Numbered from the stretch's first letter, positions 42,029 through 56,764 are shown. The stretch: DNA of 64,000 nt from Chrysomallon squamiferum (GCA_012295275.1 CM022665.1:46190001-46254000); one strand, 5' to 3'. The notes: generated from the sequence alone by a model not told the origin. Numbers and translations are program-made.

Positions 42029-42434
42029 GTGAAGAATTGTACAAAAATTATTTAATCAGACATATTTTTGCGGCGTCCCTGTTGTTAAAGTATTTCATCT
42101 GAGGAATTACGGCTTGCCATATCAATACTTATGTATACACACCTGCATCATGAGGCGCTATTTCTGATTTTAGCTGAAGTCCAATAATTTATTCATTAAA
42201 ATCTCTGTGTCATGATTTACAGTCTCTGAGAAGGTACATATTTTCTTTTCTTTATTGCTAACTGATAGAAATAGTAAGTGATCCACCAGCCATACAATTC
42301 AACTACCCTCATCCTGTATTCAATTTTTTTTAAAAATCTGATATTTAATGCACCTAATAATAAATTTAATTAACCTCTTACAGAGACTTAGAGTCTAAGA
42401 ATAAGAAAAATGAATTCAGTATTCTCTTCACTAG

Positions 42435-42683
42435 GTTGTAGAAATCATCTCCAGCGCTATTGGAGATCTCATGGAAGCTGAATTTACTGGACTGCAGGAT
42501 AAGCAGGGCAGCCCTTACCTTCCAGACAAAATTTCTTTCGCTGACTGGAAGAAACAAACGTTTCTGTCTTCAGGCACCTTATTGGCTAAAGGCTGTAAGG
42601 CTGCCATGGAGCTGGCCAATCACAGTGAAGAAGTCAAACAGCAAGCATTTACGTTTGGAGAGAACATGACATACGCCCATCAG
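42435..42683 (+). CDS. PDSS2: PDSS2 exon 4
   Basis: cactag|GTT GTA ... CAT CAG|gtaatt. Encodes VVEIISSAIGDLMEAEF...WKKQTFLSSGTLLAKGCKAAMELANH. Confidence 0.94.
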
Positions 42684-43314
42684 GTAATTAATTATTGTTT
42701 AGTTTTTTTTTTTGTTAGTGGTGTGTTATTAACATAATTTTAACATTATAACAGTTATAAAAAATAATTGTGATCTTAATTTATTTGTTTATCACATTTA
42801 GGAGAACATTTTAACATTAATATGATATTGAAAATTGAAAACATGTTAAAGTTTGATGAGTAGTATTAGAATTTCTTGTGTTAGATATTTAAGGTATATC
42901 AGTTTATTTGAAATGTATTTGAATAACAGATATTGTGAATTTTGTATACTCCTCACTAACTGTTCCATGAATTAGTTTTCTTAATAATAAAAATATTTTA
43001 AAATAATGAGCTTACAACAGTCCTATAAGGGCTTTTTACTTTTACAGTAAAACTTTATTGTTAGCAAAGACTGGCTGTCAATGCTAAATAAAACAATACT
43101 GAATTTTACAAAAAAAAAAATAATAAGAAGAAGATAAAATTAATAAAAATAAATAATTAGAGAAATAATAATAATAATAATAACAGAAATAATAATAATA
43201 ATAGTAATAATATTAGTAATAATAGTAATAATAGAAATAATAATAATAATAATAAGATAATTTTAATAATAATAATAATAACAATAATAACAATAATAAT
43301 AATAATAATTCCAG

Positions 43315-43467
43315 TTGTCGGGAGATTTGCAGCCATTTTTGAAACCAAACACTCACCTAGATCACCTGTCAGTCACATCAGCACCTGTCATCAAGTTCAT
43401 TGAGCAGAATGGAAGATCAGCCATAGAGGACGAAAAGAAGAAAGGTCACATTCTCAGCAACAAGAAG
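43315..43467 (+). CDS. PDSS2: PDSS2 exon 5
   Basis: ttccag|TTG TCG ... AAG AAG|gtaaaa. Encodes LSGDLQPFLK...SAPVI. Confidence 0.88.
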
Positions 43468-44325
43468 GTAAAAATAAAAAAAAAAAAAAACTGTAATAGA
43501 TACACACAGAAACAAAGTATCTTAAACAAGTGTGACCCAACACATCTAAAAAGATCTTTGAGCCACGTTTTTGAACATTTTTTAGTTTCCTGATTCCATT
43601 TAGTTCCAGAGATATGTCTAAGACAAATCCTGTATTTTTCTCAGAAAATGGGGTGTTCCATAAATAACACTGGTTATTGAAAGTGCTATAAAATACACCT
43701 TATGGATTGATATCTGTCAATTTTATCAAAGACATTTTTTAAAAAAAAACAAACAATATCACAATTTTTTTATTGGTTTTGCTTTTGTTGGCTAAAGCTT
43801 TATATTTGGCCATATAACTTAAGACTTGATTTAATGTGATTGGTCACATATATTGAAAATTTAAAAAAGTCATTAAAAAAAAACAATATTATTTGCAAAG
43901 GGATAATATTTATCCTTGTTGATTATATTTTATTGTTCTTGGTCTTTATTGTTCCAGTTTTTAGGTTTTTTTTTTGTTAATGTGTATTTAAGAGCAATTT
44001 CTGAACCAGTGGCATCTTTAGAATATGTAATTATTTTGATTAGCTTTCAAAATTGATTTATGGTTAATATTATTACTGTTATTTCTTTTGATTCTTGTTA
44101 TTTTTGTTGTTCTAATTGTTGTTGTTTTATTATAATTATTATTACTATTATTATTATTTATTATTATTATTTTAATTATTATTGTTTTTGTTATTATTAT
44201 TATTATTATTATTACTATTATTGTTGTTGTTATTAGTATTATTGTTATTATTATTATTGTTACTATTAATATTGTTACTATTAATATTTTTTTATTAATA
44301 TTATTGTTGTTATTGTTACTATTAA

Positions 44326-44362
<37 letters not shown>

Positions 44363-44394
44363 AATTATTATTATTATTATTACTATTATTATAA

Positions 44395-44459
<65 letters not shown>

Positions 44460-44524
44460 TAATACTACTATATCAGTGTTGTTTATCTGTGAAGTTTACT
44501 GTGTGTTGTGTTCTGTGTTTTCAG

Positions 44525-44680
44525 CTGGTAAGGTGTATTCGGACAAGCCCAGTCCTAGAAGAATGTAAAAACCTAATTCACGAGTTTCAGACATCAGCCA
44601 CTTCGGCCATCACTCAGTTTCCCGTGTCAGAGGCAAAGTCAGCTCTTATCAACATGGTGCAGGCAGCAGTGAAGTGTTAG
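44525..44680 (+). CDS. PDSS2: PDSS2 last exon
   Basis: tttcag|CTG GTA. Encodes ...AITQFPVSEAKSALINMVQAAVKC, then TAG. Total CDS 1155 nt = 384 aa + stop. Confidence 0.92.
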   Translation: MVRCIRTSPVLEECKNLIHEFQTSATSAITQFPVSEAKSALINMVQAAVKC

Positions 44681-44933
44681 CAACAACCACAACAACAACA
44701 GTGTTGATAATTTTATACTTTTACTTTTATATGTATATGTGTGTGTGTGTGTGAGTGTGTATGATTTTGTTGAGAATGTAAACATAAGAATAAGGAGAGC
44801 AATTATAAATTACTGTGAACACACACACACACACACACACACACACATCCATGCATGCATGCACACAACTCTCATACTAACATACATACAGACATACACA
44901 CATATACTATATAAACACATACATAAACGTGTG

Positions 44934-44998
<65 letters not shown>

Positions 44999-45074
44999 CA
45001 GAGATAGATGAAAGAGAGAGTCAAAGAGACAGAGTGACAGAAAGAGACAGACAGAGAGAGAGAGAGAGACAGCC

Positions 45075-45105
<31 letters not shown>

Positions 45106-45462
45106 TGTATGAGCAGGCATATGGCTATGAAGATTTATAGTTTTCCTCACCTTAACTGTATGAAAGAATCTAATGGGAATCATCTACTACCATCATTCAA
45201 AATGGAAAATCATGTTTCTTTTCAAACTAACATCCCTTCATGAAAGAAAAATAATGTATTTATATACTGATTTATACCATGAATCTCATAAATAAAAATT
45301 GACATGAACTGTTGAGTTGTTGCTATATCTTTGAGTGTGTTACTATGGATAGTACATTTGAGTGAGTGTGTGTGTGTGTGTGCACATGTGCTTGTACATG
45401 TTATTACTTAAATATTTTAGTGTGAGGTATAGGTGTCTTTATAGGTGTGTATGTTTAAATAA

Positions 45463-45497
<35 letters not shown>

Positions 45498-46099
45498 AAC
45501 ATGCTGTTATACTTTGAAATATTTTAGTGTGTATATATTTGTAAGAAGTATGTGTGTGTGTATGTGTGTGTCAGAGAGATAGAATGATAATCTGTATATT
45601 TATTATTCTGATAATGTCACTTAAACTAGTGCTATATAGAAAATGTTCCATGAAAGTTCTTTAATGTCAATAATTGTCAAAATCATCTTTGAAATTTTGT
45701 GAGAGAGATTTAGAACTGAGCCCCTATTTGTATTTTTTATAAATTACAATTTTTATTATATATATTTATTATATTTATAAAATCATGATATTAAATTAGG
45801 TTTATTGTATTTTTAAACAAATCTGATTTCATTTTATTTTATTTAGTGCTCAGTCAAGAATGTCTGGAAATATTATATTTAATACATTTTTGTCTGATTA
45901 ATAACAGATTTGTCTAGAAAAAAAAATGAACTGTTTTTATTAAATAAAACAACTATTTTGATTTCAAATTGTTTGTTATTTTTTTTTTACTACCAGATGT
46001 AAAATTCTTTTCAGCAAAAATCAAAATGACAAATAATTAAAATGAAATAATTTTACCATATTTACACTTAATGCACTCTGAGTTATTGCCTGTTCTAAA

Positions 46100-46190
46100 A
46101 AGGACTCCATTATTGGTTCTTAAAGGCCATGGCACAGATAATGAAGCTTATGAGAAGGTGCATATATAAAACATCTTTTGCTCATACATG
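46100..46190 (+). mobile_element. SINE core fragment
   Basis: aaaggccatgg...ggtgcatatataaaacatcttttgct is similar to the reverse complement of 31535-31565. Confidence 0.4.
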
Positions 46191-46507
46191 TTAAGAGAAA
46201 TCTACTGGTGACAACAGATAATATCTGCCATACTTTGTATAACAACATGAAAAATAACTAAAAATAATTAGTGTTGGTAATTAAATTTTAATTCACTGGG
46301 AAAAAACAACAACTTTATAATAAAGATATAATATCCAAAATACAAGATTTTTTTCTTATTAAAAATAAAATTAATTTATGAAATTTATTATTTTTGTGAA
46401 AAGGAAATAGACCTACCCAGAACTGTATCTCTTAGTAAAATCAATTTTAAAACAAGTTTTAAAAGAAATTTAAGACAAATTTACCTAAAGTGGATAAAAC
46501 AACCTTT

Positions 46508-46567
<60 letters not shown>

Positions 46568-47655
46568 ACTATTACTACTATTACTATTATTATTATTATT
46601 AATACTACTATTACTATTATTATTAATACAACTATTGTTACTATTACTATTAATACTATTCTGTTTTTATTATTATTACTATTATTATTATTATTTATTA
46701 ATTTATTAATTTTTATTATTATTTCTGAATAATAAAATGTTAGAATAAAAAAAGAAAAATACATACAAGGACACAAATTGGATTTTGAAAAAGTTTGTCT
46801 TTGAAATTAATTTTAAATATCTGTTTTATAATTATTTTCATTGAATATTTATGTTTGTTTCATTTTTCTTTTCTTTTTAGTAAATATTCAGAGAATAATT
46901 TTATAATTTATTAAATAACAGACGTTAATAATTAAATATATAAATAGGATGCATAATTAACTAAAAATAGAGTTCAGTTTAAAATCTATTCCAAAACAAA
47001 CCTCTAAATATTTCCACTTTCATTTTCACACTTTATTTTTCTGTACTTTTAGTTAAATAAAAAAACACAAAAACTCTGCCTCTGCATTAAATGTACCCAA
47101 CAGTTTTAAACTTATTTTATGACGTGTGTCTGTGTGTGTGTGAGAGAGAGAGCAAGAGTATATAATTGTAAAAAACATAAATCTGTACCATCATATTCAA
47201 TTAACTACTAAATAAATACATTTTTGACTGAATCCCTGGCAACTTAAAACATATTTGTACTCATAGCCACATTTATATATATACATATTAAGACTTGCAG
47301 CCCTGTTTATATAAAGCACTTCAAAACCTATCATCATCAAAAAATGACAAGAATTAACAGAAAAAAACACGACCACACAAACAACGTGACTAAACTTTAA
47401 ACAAGTCTCTTCAAACAACAGAGGCATCGGTTATTTTTAAACCTGCACACTCACAATACCAAGAAAAAAGAAACAACTATTTCTATTTCCTGGTATCCAC
47501 ATTCATTTTTTTTTTTTTTTTACCATTAAGGAAATATTTCCCAGTAACCCATTTCCTGGAAAGAAGCTTTAATAGTGAGTGACGTGATCCAAATGATTAA
47601 AAGTGGATTTGAAACATACATTCTACTAAACCTACCCTGGTGGGTGAATGATGAG

Positions 47656-47778
47656 TACAAAGAGGTGATGTCTGACGTTGTGGTTGCAGGTGAGGTAGGT
47701 GTATCAATGCTGGATACAAAGAGATGATGTGTGACGTAGTTGTTGCTGGCGAGGTGGTTGTATCAATGGTGAATACAG
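47656..47778. repeat. 59 bp tandem duplication
   Basis: tacaaagag.tgatgt.tgacgt.gt.gttgc.gg.gaggt.g.tgtatcaatg at 47656 and 47715. Confidence 0.85.
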
Positions 47779-48546
47779 TATTTGTTATCTGTCTGAACTG
47801 GCTGATATAATCACTAACTCGTGTAAGTAGATTATTAACAGACTTGGAGAAATGTGCTGTGGTTTAGATTATTTGTTATGTTCCATTACATTATACTGTA
47901 TTATATGTTAAATTATATACACGTGTGTGTGTGTTTGTTTATAAACATACTAACATGCACACACATATATGTATGTATGTGTATATATATATACACATAT
48001 ATACACACACGCTTATATATATATATTAATCTCTCTACTAAATATAATTTTAAATAATACTGAACTGAATGAAGAATTTGTTCCATATCAGTGTTAATTT
48101 TCACACTCAACAAGGAAGATAACTCTGATGAAAATTCCTTTTTATTTTATTTTAATCAATATGTAAATTAAGTACAAAAATAAAATAAAATAAAATAAAA
48201 TAAAATGAAAATAATTTTTTTTTTTTTAAATAATAAAATGAATAATACAAAATAAAATGTAATAAAATAACACAGATTTAAAGAAATAGAAAACTTTATT
48301 TCACTTTTTTTTCTTTGCAGCAATAGATTTCTATATGAATCCAATAATTTGTTTGTACATAATTATATACACATTCATGAAATATCTGACAAAAAAAAAC
48401 CCAACATATTTGTAGCTATTTCAAGTTTAAAAACAAAAATAATAAACACACTGATAAATCTATTATTGAAATGAAATTTTTTTTTTGTTAACTTTAAATA
48501 AACCGTTATCAAGAAATTTGTGCACAAAAGTTAAATTTATTCCATG

Positions 48547-48586
<40 letters not shown>

Positions 48587-49924
48587 CTTCTTCTTTTCAT
48601 GACAAACAAACATTTAAACATGAAATATGTATTAATAATGCAGCTCTCAAAGGCAATGTAAATAAATATCTATAAGCATTTTAATAAAAACGTACAGATA
48701 TATGATAAATATGAACTGAAATGACTTACAAGTGCTATCACACTTTTTAATTTTTTTCATCTTCCTGTTTGTTATTTGGCAAATCTTTCATTTAAAATCA
48801 AATTTGAATCTACACGATGCAGTGATAACTAACTGTAATAAATATACAGGCTTAATTTGGAATCTTAAAATAGAGTGAAATATTAATAATAATAATAATG
48901 ATGGAAATAATTATAATAATAACAATAATAACTAATAATAATAATGATGACAAAATCAAAAAGTAACGCAAGTTAAGAATTAGAAATAATTTTACTCCAT
49001 TTGCATTTTATTTTTTATTATTATTATGTTATTAATGACATAAATAAATATTATTTACAATAAAATTAAATTTTAAAACTTTTGAAGAAAAATTATTAGG
49101 GCTCATAATGATCTACAATTCTATTAAGACTGAGCCTTCAGGTAAACTTCAACTTGATGTATGTTTTCAAGATTCAGTTCATTTTAAACAGAAATAAATA
49201 AGGATATAATGATAAAAGATATTACTTATTTCTTAAAATGATAAAAGATAATATTAATTTCTTAAAATGCCAAATCTGTGAACCCATAACATTAAATGTT
49301 GCCTATTAAATGACACTTATTAAATTTTGTTAATTGGACATTTTTTATATAAAATAATATTTGAATCTATACACTGTATCCTTACAATTATGTTTATTCA
49401 CACACACACACACATATATATATATGTATGTATGTCTGTATTACATGTCTGTATAATTATCCATATTAAATGGTAAATAATATTAATTACTTTGCAGCAT
49501 AAAGCAATTTAATAATTCTAGAAATCCATGTTAATGAAAAAACCTTATTTATTAATTAAATACTACTTGTGAGATCTGTATCAATAATAATATTTTAATT
49601 AACAAAACATTTTTTTTTTTTTTTTTTTAAATCTATTTAAAACAACTTTTGAATAAGCAGAAACAAAAATATTTGACAAAAATTACATAACAATGAATGA
49701 ATTTTTTTTTTTCTTAGTACATAAATTAATAAAACTTATGGGAAGAAGCAAAAGTGTTTTGAATCATACTAAAGTTTTACAATATGAGTATTTAATTTTA
49801 GTTAAAATTTATTAGTTTACTTAAAAAATTTTAAAATTTTATTGAAAATTTTATAATTTATTCATCTTTCAAATGTTGCTATGTCAAAATTTTTGCAACC
49901 AGTAATAATAATGATAATGATAAT

Positions 49925-49958
<34 letters not shown>

Positions 49959-50294
49959 TAAAACTTGAAATAATGTGGAATGAAAAATATTCAGTTATTC
50001 TTTTGTTTATCCATTTTTATAATAAACACAGGATATTTTAAAAGATATTATTTATTATATCTTTATTTATCCTTAAATAATTTATATATTTTGTTTTGGT
50101 TTGTTCTAAGTATCCATGTTAATGAAAAAAAGAAAAAAGAAAGCCACTTAACAAAGTAGTTTAAAATAGTAAAAAAGTAAAATAAAATAAAATAAAAATA
50201 TGACACCAAAATATTGAAATTTCAAATTATTTTTGTTGTAGTTATGATGTCTTTTTACTTGAACATTATAATGAAATTTTTTACTCTTTTTCTT

Positions 50295-50678
50295 TTCAAC
50301 GATTTACCAATAATATGAACATAAAAACCACTATTAATTAATTAAAATGCTAAATCACTAAAATAGCAGTTGATGCTCTTTATCTAAAAGTAGTAAGTGA
50401 TAAACAGAAAGTAGTATTTTTTTTTTTACGATTTACAAATAATATTAACCTAAAAACCACTATTAATTAATTAAACTGCTAAATTACTAAAATTACAGAT
50501 GATGCTCGTTATCTCAAAGTAATAAGTGATAAACAGAAAGTAGTATTTTTTTTTTTTTTATGATTTACAAATAATATTAACCTAAAAACCACTATTAATT
50601 AATTAAACTGCTAAATTACTAAAATTACAGTTGATGCTCGTTATCTCAAAGTAATAAGTGATAAACAGAAAGTAGCAT
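50295..50678. repeat. About 130 bp tandem repeat, 3 units
   Basis: gatttac.aataatat.aac.taaaaaccactattaattaattaaa.tgctaaat.actaaaat...gtgataaacagaaagtag x3. Confidence 0.9.
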
Positions 50679-50764
50679 GGAAAACAAGTGTGTATGCCCT
50701 GAGCTGAGCTGGATTGGGAAAAATAAATCACTCATTAAGCCTGTCTGTTAGTACACTGCACCTG

Positions 50765-51545
50765 TTTTAGTATCAATACATTGGTACTCATACAACACTG
50801 TATCCGTCTTTGTATCAATTCTCTCTTAAATGTATCCTATGACCAATATAATATAGTACTTAGTACCGATACAACTTAAACACTGTCACAGTTGCAGTAC
50901 CATACCAAGTCTTTAGTAGTATCAGTATTACATTAAGTCTTAATACTGGTACCAAACTGTACCGGTACACTGTGAAGTTTATCTTAGTATTGATACAACA
51001 ATTATCTTGTCATAGTGCCGATACAATTTCAGAAGATTAGTACTGATACAACATTAAGTCTGTCCCAGAACCAATACAGAACCAATCCTGAATTAGTACC
51101 AAAACAACATTAAGTTTGTGTTAGTATTGGTACAACATTCTGTTGTCATGGTAGAATATGACATTAATCCAGACATAGTACCAATAACCCCCACATTAAT
51201 CTGTATAAGTACCGATACAACATTAAGTCTGTGTTAGTCCTACCAGTACAACACTAAGATTGCATTAGTAGTGGTACAGCTTTCTATCTGTTACAGTACA
51301 GTATGACAGTAATCCCATCATTGTACCAATACCACATTAACCTTTCTTGGCTCTGATACAACATTAACTTGTATTAGTACCAGTACAACATTCTATCTGT
51401 CATAGTATCGATACAACATTTTTATCTTGGTACCAGTGCAAAGTTAAGTCTTGTACCGATACAACATTAAGTATGTCACAGTACTGCCATCACGCAAAGC
51501 CTATTTTCATACCAATACACTGAACGAATCGCAGTACCATTATGA
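50765..51545. repeat. Old degenerate minisatellite (about 30 bp)
   Basis: Many variants of tagtaccgatacaacattaagtct. Confidence 0.8.
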
Positions 51546-52104
51546 GACAAAATCCAGCATGGTTACCTACTTATCTTACAGTACTAGAGAGTAACAGTAC
51601 ATACCTCAGTGAGTAGAGATTTGAGTTTACTGTTTGAGCAGTGAGAAATATAAATGATTATTACAGTAATTATATCCTTTCATGATCCATCCCTTCACAA
51701 CCATAGTCAGGCTCATTGTAACAAATACAACAGAATAAATATTGTTAAATTAAGAAAATGAAAAATTAACCCATAGATGAATGGATTTTTAAAAGAAAAA
51801 ACAACAAAAAACAAACAAACCAACTGTCTGTATGTACAAAATAATATAATAGAGTTATCTCCAGTTTGATATTTTTTATATATATATATATATTATTTTT
51901 CTTTTCTTCTGTTATTCAGATAAAAGTAAAATCTTTCTTCCAATCTCAGTTAAAGAGAGTTACAGTTCTTTCCATTTCGTTTTGCCATCACAAATATGCA
52001 CACACTTGGAGTGAAATTTAAACCTAAGACATAAAACATTACACTAGACAATAATAACATTATTCAAACAGTAAAACCTACATTACTGTCCCTATAATTC
52101 AATC

Positions 52105-52250
52105 AACACTGTGGTTAAATCATATGACTTCAGACTGTTAAGTTCTAGGATCAAATCCAAACCTTTCTAATTCTGTATAACACTAACATTGTGTTTTGTC
52201 AAGCAGAATTTAGACCCATGGATTGTGTGCTTGAATCTTTTGAAGGATGT
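52105..52250 (+). mobile_element. Possible decayed tRNA-derived SINE
   Basis: A-box-like gtggttaaa and B-box-like ggatcaaatcc at tRNA-like spacing; no cloverleaf. Confidence 0.3.
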
Positions 52251-53479
52251 AATTGTGTTTCTAATGGATTAATTGATTGACACAGAATGACACAGGAATG
52301 TTGGAGGGTTTGCTTGTATCCACAGTGGACAGAAGCAAAGGTTTGATTGATAATTAGTTAAAACACAGTTAAAATCATGATTTATCTTTCATTTCACTCT
52401 TTCAAATTCATCAGAGATTAACAGAAATCATTTTAATCCATTCCATATCATCTTATATGTTTTTTTAGTGGGATCTTTTCTTTTATTATCGATTTTTTTA
52501 AAAATAATTTTTGTTATTATTTTATTTTATTTTTCTTTAATTTTCGATTTTTTAGATGTTAAAAATTTCTGTTGAATAAACTATTTCATGACTGAAAAAT
52601 CTTCATGAACCTATCATGAAACTTGGAAAGCTAAAATTACATAATAAAAATGGACACCATAGTATTTTATTTTATTTAGTTAAATATTTTCGTTTAGTAA
52701 AATGTTTTATTATATCTCACCAAATCTAAAAAACCAAAAAAACAACGACAAAAAAACAAACAAAAGTCATTTATATTCAGACATTTTAGAAATTTCACTC
52801 ACTCACTACAAATAATAATCATTCATAATAAACATGATATTTTCAATTCAAACATTAGAAGTTTCATCGTCTGCTCTCAGATCAATAAATGGTAGCCGTT
52901 ATCACTGTACGAGCTACACCGAAAGTAAACAGCTTTGCCATTGGCTGGGCAAAACAAACGAGCCAATCAGAATGCAGGATACATCTAGATACTAAAAATG
53001 GCAATATAAACAATATATTGATTAAGTTTCGTGTTTTTTTTGCTTTGTTATGACATATTATTATTATTACCTTTTTTTTTTGATGATATTAATAAATTGT
53101 GGTTTATGATAAAAAGATTATAAATGAGAACTTGTCAGTTTTTGATCTGAAAGTGTTGACATATTCAGCAGAAAAAAACTCACACAATTTATAGCAACAA
53201 CATATTTTTATATTAACAGTTATTACAAGATAAAAATATGATCTCCTCTTTTGACATATATATATACATATATATATCGATCATTAATGATAATGTGTCA
53301 TTCATTTACATCATTCAAATGTGAGTAGATTATAATAATAAACTGTTACAGTGATATCTGTTGTACGTTTTTGTACAATATCTGTAATCTAATATTCAGA
53401 TATACCACGAACTGGCACATTCTTAAAAGTGAATCTTCAGATTTGTTTTGATAACCTCTCTCTCGTCTTTTATCAGGAC

Positions 53480-54425
53480 AGAGATATAATAAGGTCTTCT
53501 TATCATGATAAAATTCAAGCGGTCTTGTTTGGTGATAAAATTTAAATAGTCTAATTATCATTTTTGTTGGTAAAATGTAACTCATCTTTTTATCAGTACC
53601 TGATGATGAAAATGAATTGGTCTTATTAATATTATCATTTTGATTATAAAATGAACTGGTCTTGTCATCATTTTGTTGATAAAAATGAAAATGTTCTTAT
53701 CACTTTCTGATAAAATGCAATTGGTCTTATTATCACTATGGTAAAATGTTAAGAGGTCTTGTTATTTTTTTTTTTTTGTGATAAAATTATAAACTGTTAT
53801 GTTTTTCGTTCAGTGATAAAATAAAAGTTTATTATAAACACTGGTGATACAGTGTGTATGTGGTCGTAACACCATGGTGGTAATATCATTATGTGATATA
53901 ATGTACAGTGCCTTATGAAAAAAGACTTCTCGCATATGTTTAACATTATCTGTTATCATCATTATAATATGATAATTATTATCACTGACACCTAGGATAC
54001 AATTATCGTCTTATCACCCAGATAAAATTTACATAATCAGTCTTATTATCGTAATGTATAATGTTTATTTTGTCGTGAATAAAAATATGAGAGACTTTTG
54101 TCAGTAACAAGAATGTGATCAGTTTTATTATGACCAAATGTGAGAATATTTTTATCATGATAAAGTATATGTCTTCTTGTAATGATGAAGCCTATGATCA
54201 TTCTTGTCATGATGAAGTATATGATCATTCTTGTCATGATAAAGTTTATGTCTTTTTGTAATGATAAAGTCTATGATCATTCTTGTCACGATAAAGTATG
54301 TGATCATCTTGTCATCATAAAGTATATGATCATTCTTGTCATGGTAAAGTATATGATCATTCTTATCACGGTAAATTGAGTGTTCATCTTGTCAGGATAA
54401 TACACATGATAATTTTATCATGCTA
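53480..54425. repeat. Degenerate about 27-30 bp minisatellite in the CUB-gene 3' region
   Basis: atgataaagtatatgatcattcttgtc repeated clearly at 54158-54400, with more decayed copies upstream. Confidence 0.7.
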
Positions 54426-54807
54426 ACATACATTATTATATATTTTTTTAAATTTTGTTTTTACTTTTATCATTCAAGACTTGTGACACAACTGGAATGG
54501 TCTAAAAAATTTTGAAGACAGCTGTTTGCTCAGTGAATTGAGGTGTGTCTCAGTCAAGATTATAGTGTGTGTGTGTGTGTGTGTGTTTGTGTCTAATGAA
54601 GTCACAAGTATTTTGTTTTGTTTTGTTAAAAACCACGTTCTCCGAATTTTCGTAGAAAGACTTGTTGCAGAAGAAGACAAATATCACAAAAATGTTTCAT
54701 GCAAAAACAACACAGGTTCCTTCATAATCAAAATGGAATCTTTTTTTTTTTTTTTTTTTTTAAATTTGTTTTAGTTTTTTTTTTTATAATTTTTTTTTTT
54801 TTTTGTT

Positions 54808-54841
<34 letters not shown>

Positions 54842-54891
54842 CATTCGTTTTTTTGGGAAGAATCCATTTTGAAGAAAAAGGTGAGGCAGGA

Positions 54892-55010
54892 TTAGTGATA
54901 AGTTAAGGAAGAAATAAGAACTAGAGTTGTCCATAGCGTGACTGCTGTCGTGTCTACAACGCGCACGGCGTCACTTCTTGTCACCTGTTTGGCTTTTTTC
55001 TCTGATTTAT
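54892..55010 (-). CDS. CUB-domain (SOL-1-like) protein, last coding exon with hydrophobic C-terminal tail
   Basis: ttgcag|AT AAA; the phase matches the preceding exon. Encodes DKSEKKAKQVTRSDAVRVVDTTAVTLWTTLVLISSLTYH, then TAA. Confidence 0.75.
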
Positions 55011-56764
55011 CTGCAATAGAAGAAAAAGTCACATATGACTGAGTAGAATTTAAATAATAATAATATTTTCCATACAGCATGCTTTAAGTCATTAGAAAAA
55101 AAAAATTAGTAATAATAATAATAATAATAAAATGAAATAAAAATAAAGAATAAAAAAAGTAAAAAATAAAATAATAAAAAAATAATAAAAAAAATAAAAA
55201 TAAATAAAAATACAGCACTTAAAAATAAATAAAAAATAATAATAATAATAATAATAATAAAATAAAATGAAACAAAATAAATAATTTAATTAATTAATTA
55301 AATAAATAATAAAAGATACAACACATAAAAGTAAATAATAAATAAGTATCTGAACAAATAATTAAATAGATAAATAAAAAATATAATTAAATAAACAGAA
55401 AAATTAAAATAAAATAAAATAATGAATAAATTCTCTATACAAATCAAGAAACTATATCCACAAAGTATAATAAATAAACAAATAAGCACATAAGTAAATA
55501 AGTAATTAAGTAAGTAAGTAAATAAATAAGTGAAACAAAAGCACCAATAAAAAAATTAATAATTAAAACTACCTAAAATAAATTACTTCATTTGAAATTA
55601 AAAAAAAAATTAAGAAAAGAAAATGATAGAAAACATGACTTTAAAATGTAAATTTCTAATTTTACGTCAGTACAACAAAAAATTCTGAAAAAAAAATCAA
55701 ACAAATAGGATTTAAATCCTGCTTTTGTATTCTTGCAAACAATTTGAACGAAAAAAACAACCTTTGAATTTGTTTTTACCAGACAATTTCCTTTTTTTTT
55801 TTTTTTTTACAACATAGCTGTAATAGGATTCTAAATCTGTAACATGACAGGATCAGTGACAACGTGCGCATCGGCATGTTGCCACACTTGACTACATGAC
55901 CAGTGTGGAGATAGAGGAAATTATTTTTCAGTTTGTTGTCTTCCTACTGTGACTTATCTTCCCTTGTTGGAGTTCTCCACTTTTTTCTCTTTTTCCATTT
56001 TTCGGCTTTTTATTTTTTTTTACAGTTTTCACTTTTATTTCTTTCAATTTTAATTTTAATTTTTTTTTTTTTTTTTTTTTTTTTTTTCTTCTTTTTTTTT
56101 TTTTTTATGTTTTGATTTTAAATTTTTATTTTAAATTTCTCTTTATAAAGATTTTATTTATTTTTTTTTTTTTTTTTCTAGTTCTTACTTTTTAGAATTA
56201 TGTTTAATAATAAATAAAATTCTACCAGATTTTATTATTTTTTTTTTATAAAAAAAGTTTTATAATGTTAAATAACAGAATGGATCAATTTTTATTTTGT
56301 GTTGATAAAGGTGTGTATAGTATAATGAATATTTTATTTTTCTTGTACTGAAGTAAAAATCAATAAATGTGCATAAATTTTAATAATTACTGATGAATAA
56401 TATGTTTCTGGGAAATTAAGAAAATAAAATCAACAACAACAATAGATAATATTAATAAAAATAGTGACAATAATAATATTAATAATAACAATAATATTAA
56501 TAGTAGTAGTAATAGTAATAGTAGTATTAATAATAATAATAATAATAGTAATAGTAGTAGTAGTAATAAAATACAGCAAATATAAATGAAAATAAATACC
56601 ATAAAAACAATAAAATTAAATAATAATAAAAAAAAAAATCCCCAACAACAACAAAACTAATCTGACTGCATCTCAATTCACAATATCAAAAAAAAAAAAA
56701 AAACAAACATACATCTTCAAAAAAAAAAACAAAAAAAAAAAAAAAAATGTTAAAAAATATTTAC

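Noticed and set aside
47656-47778. Thr/Ser/Pro-rich mucin-like reading of a tandem duplication
   Set aside because: The unit is 59 bp, not a multiple of three, and there is no supporting exon structure.
50765-51545. Regularly spaced repeats resembling a CRISPR array
   Set aside because: Eukaryotic context, degenerate units, no unique spacers and no cas genes; it is a minisatellite.
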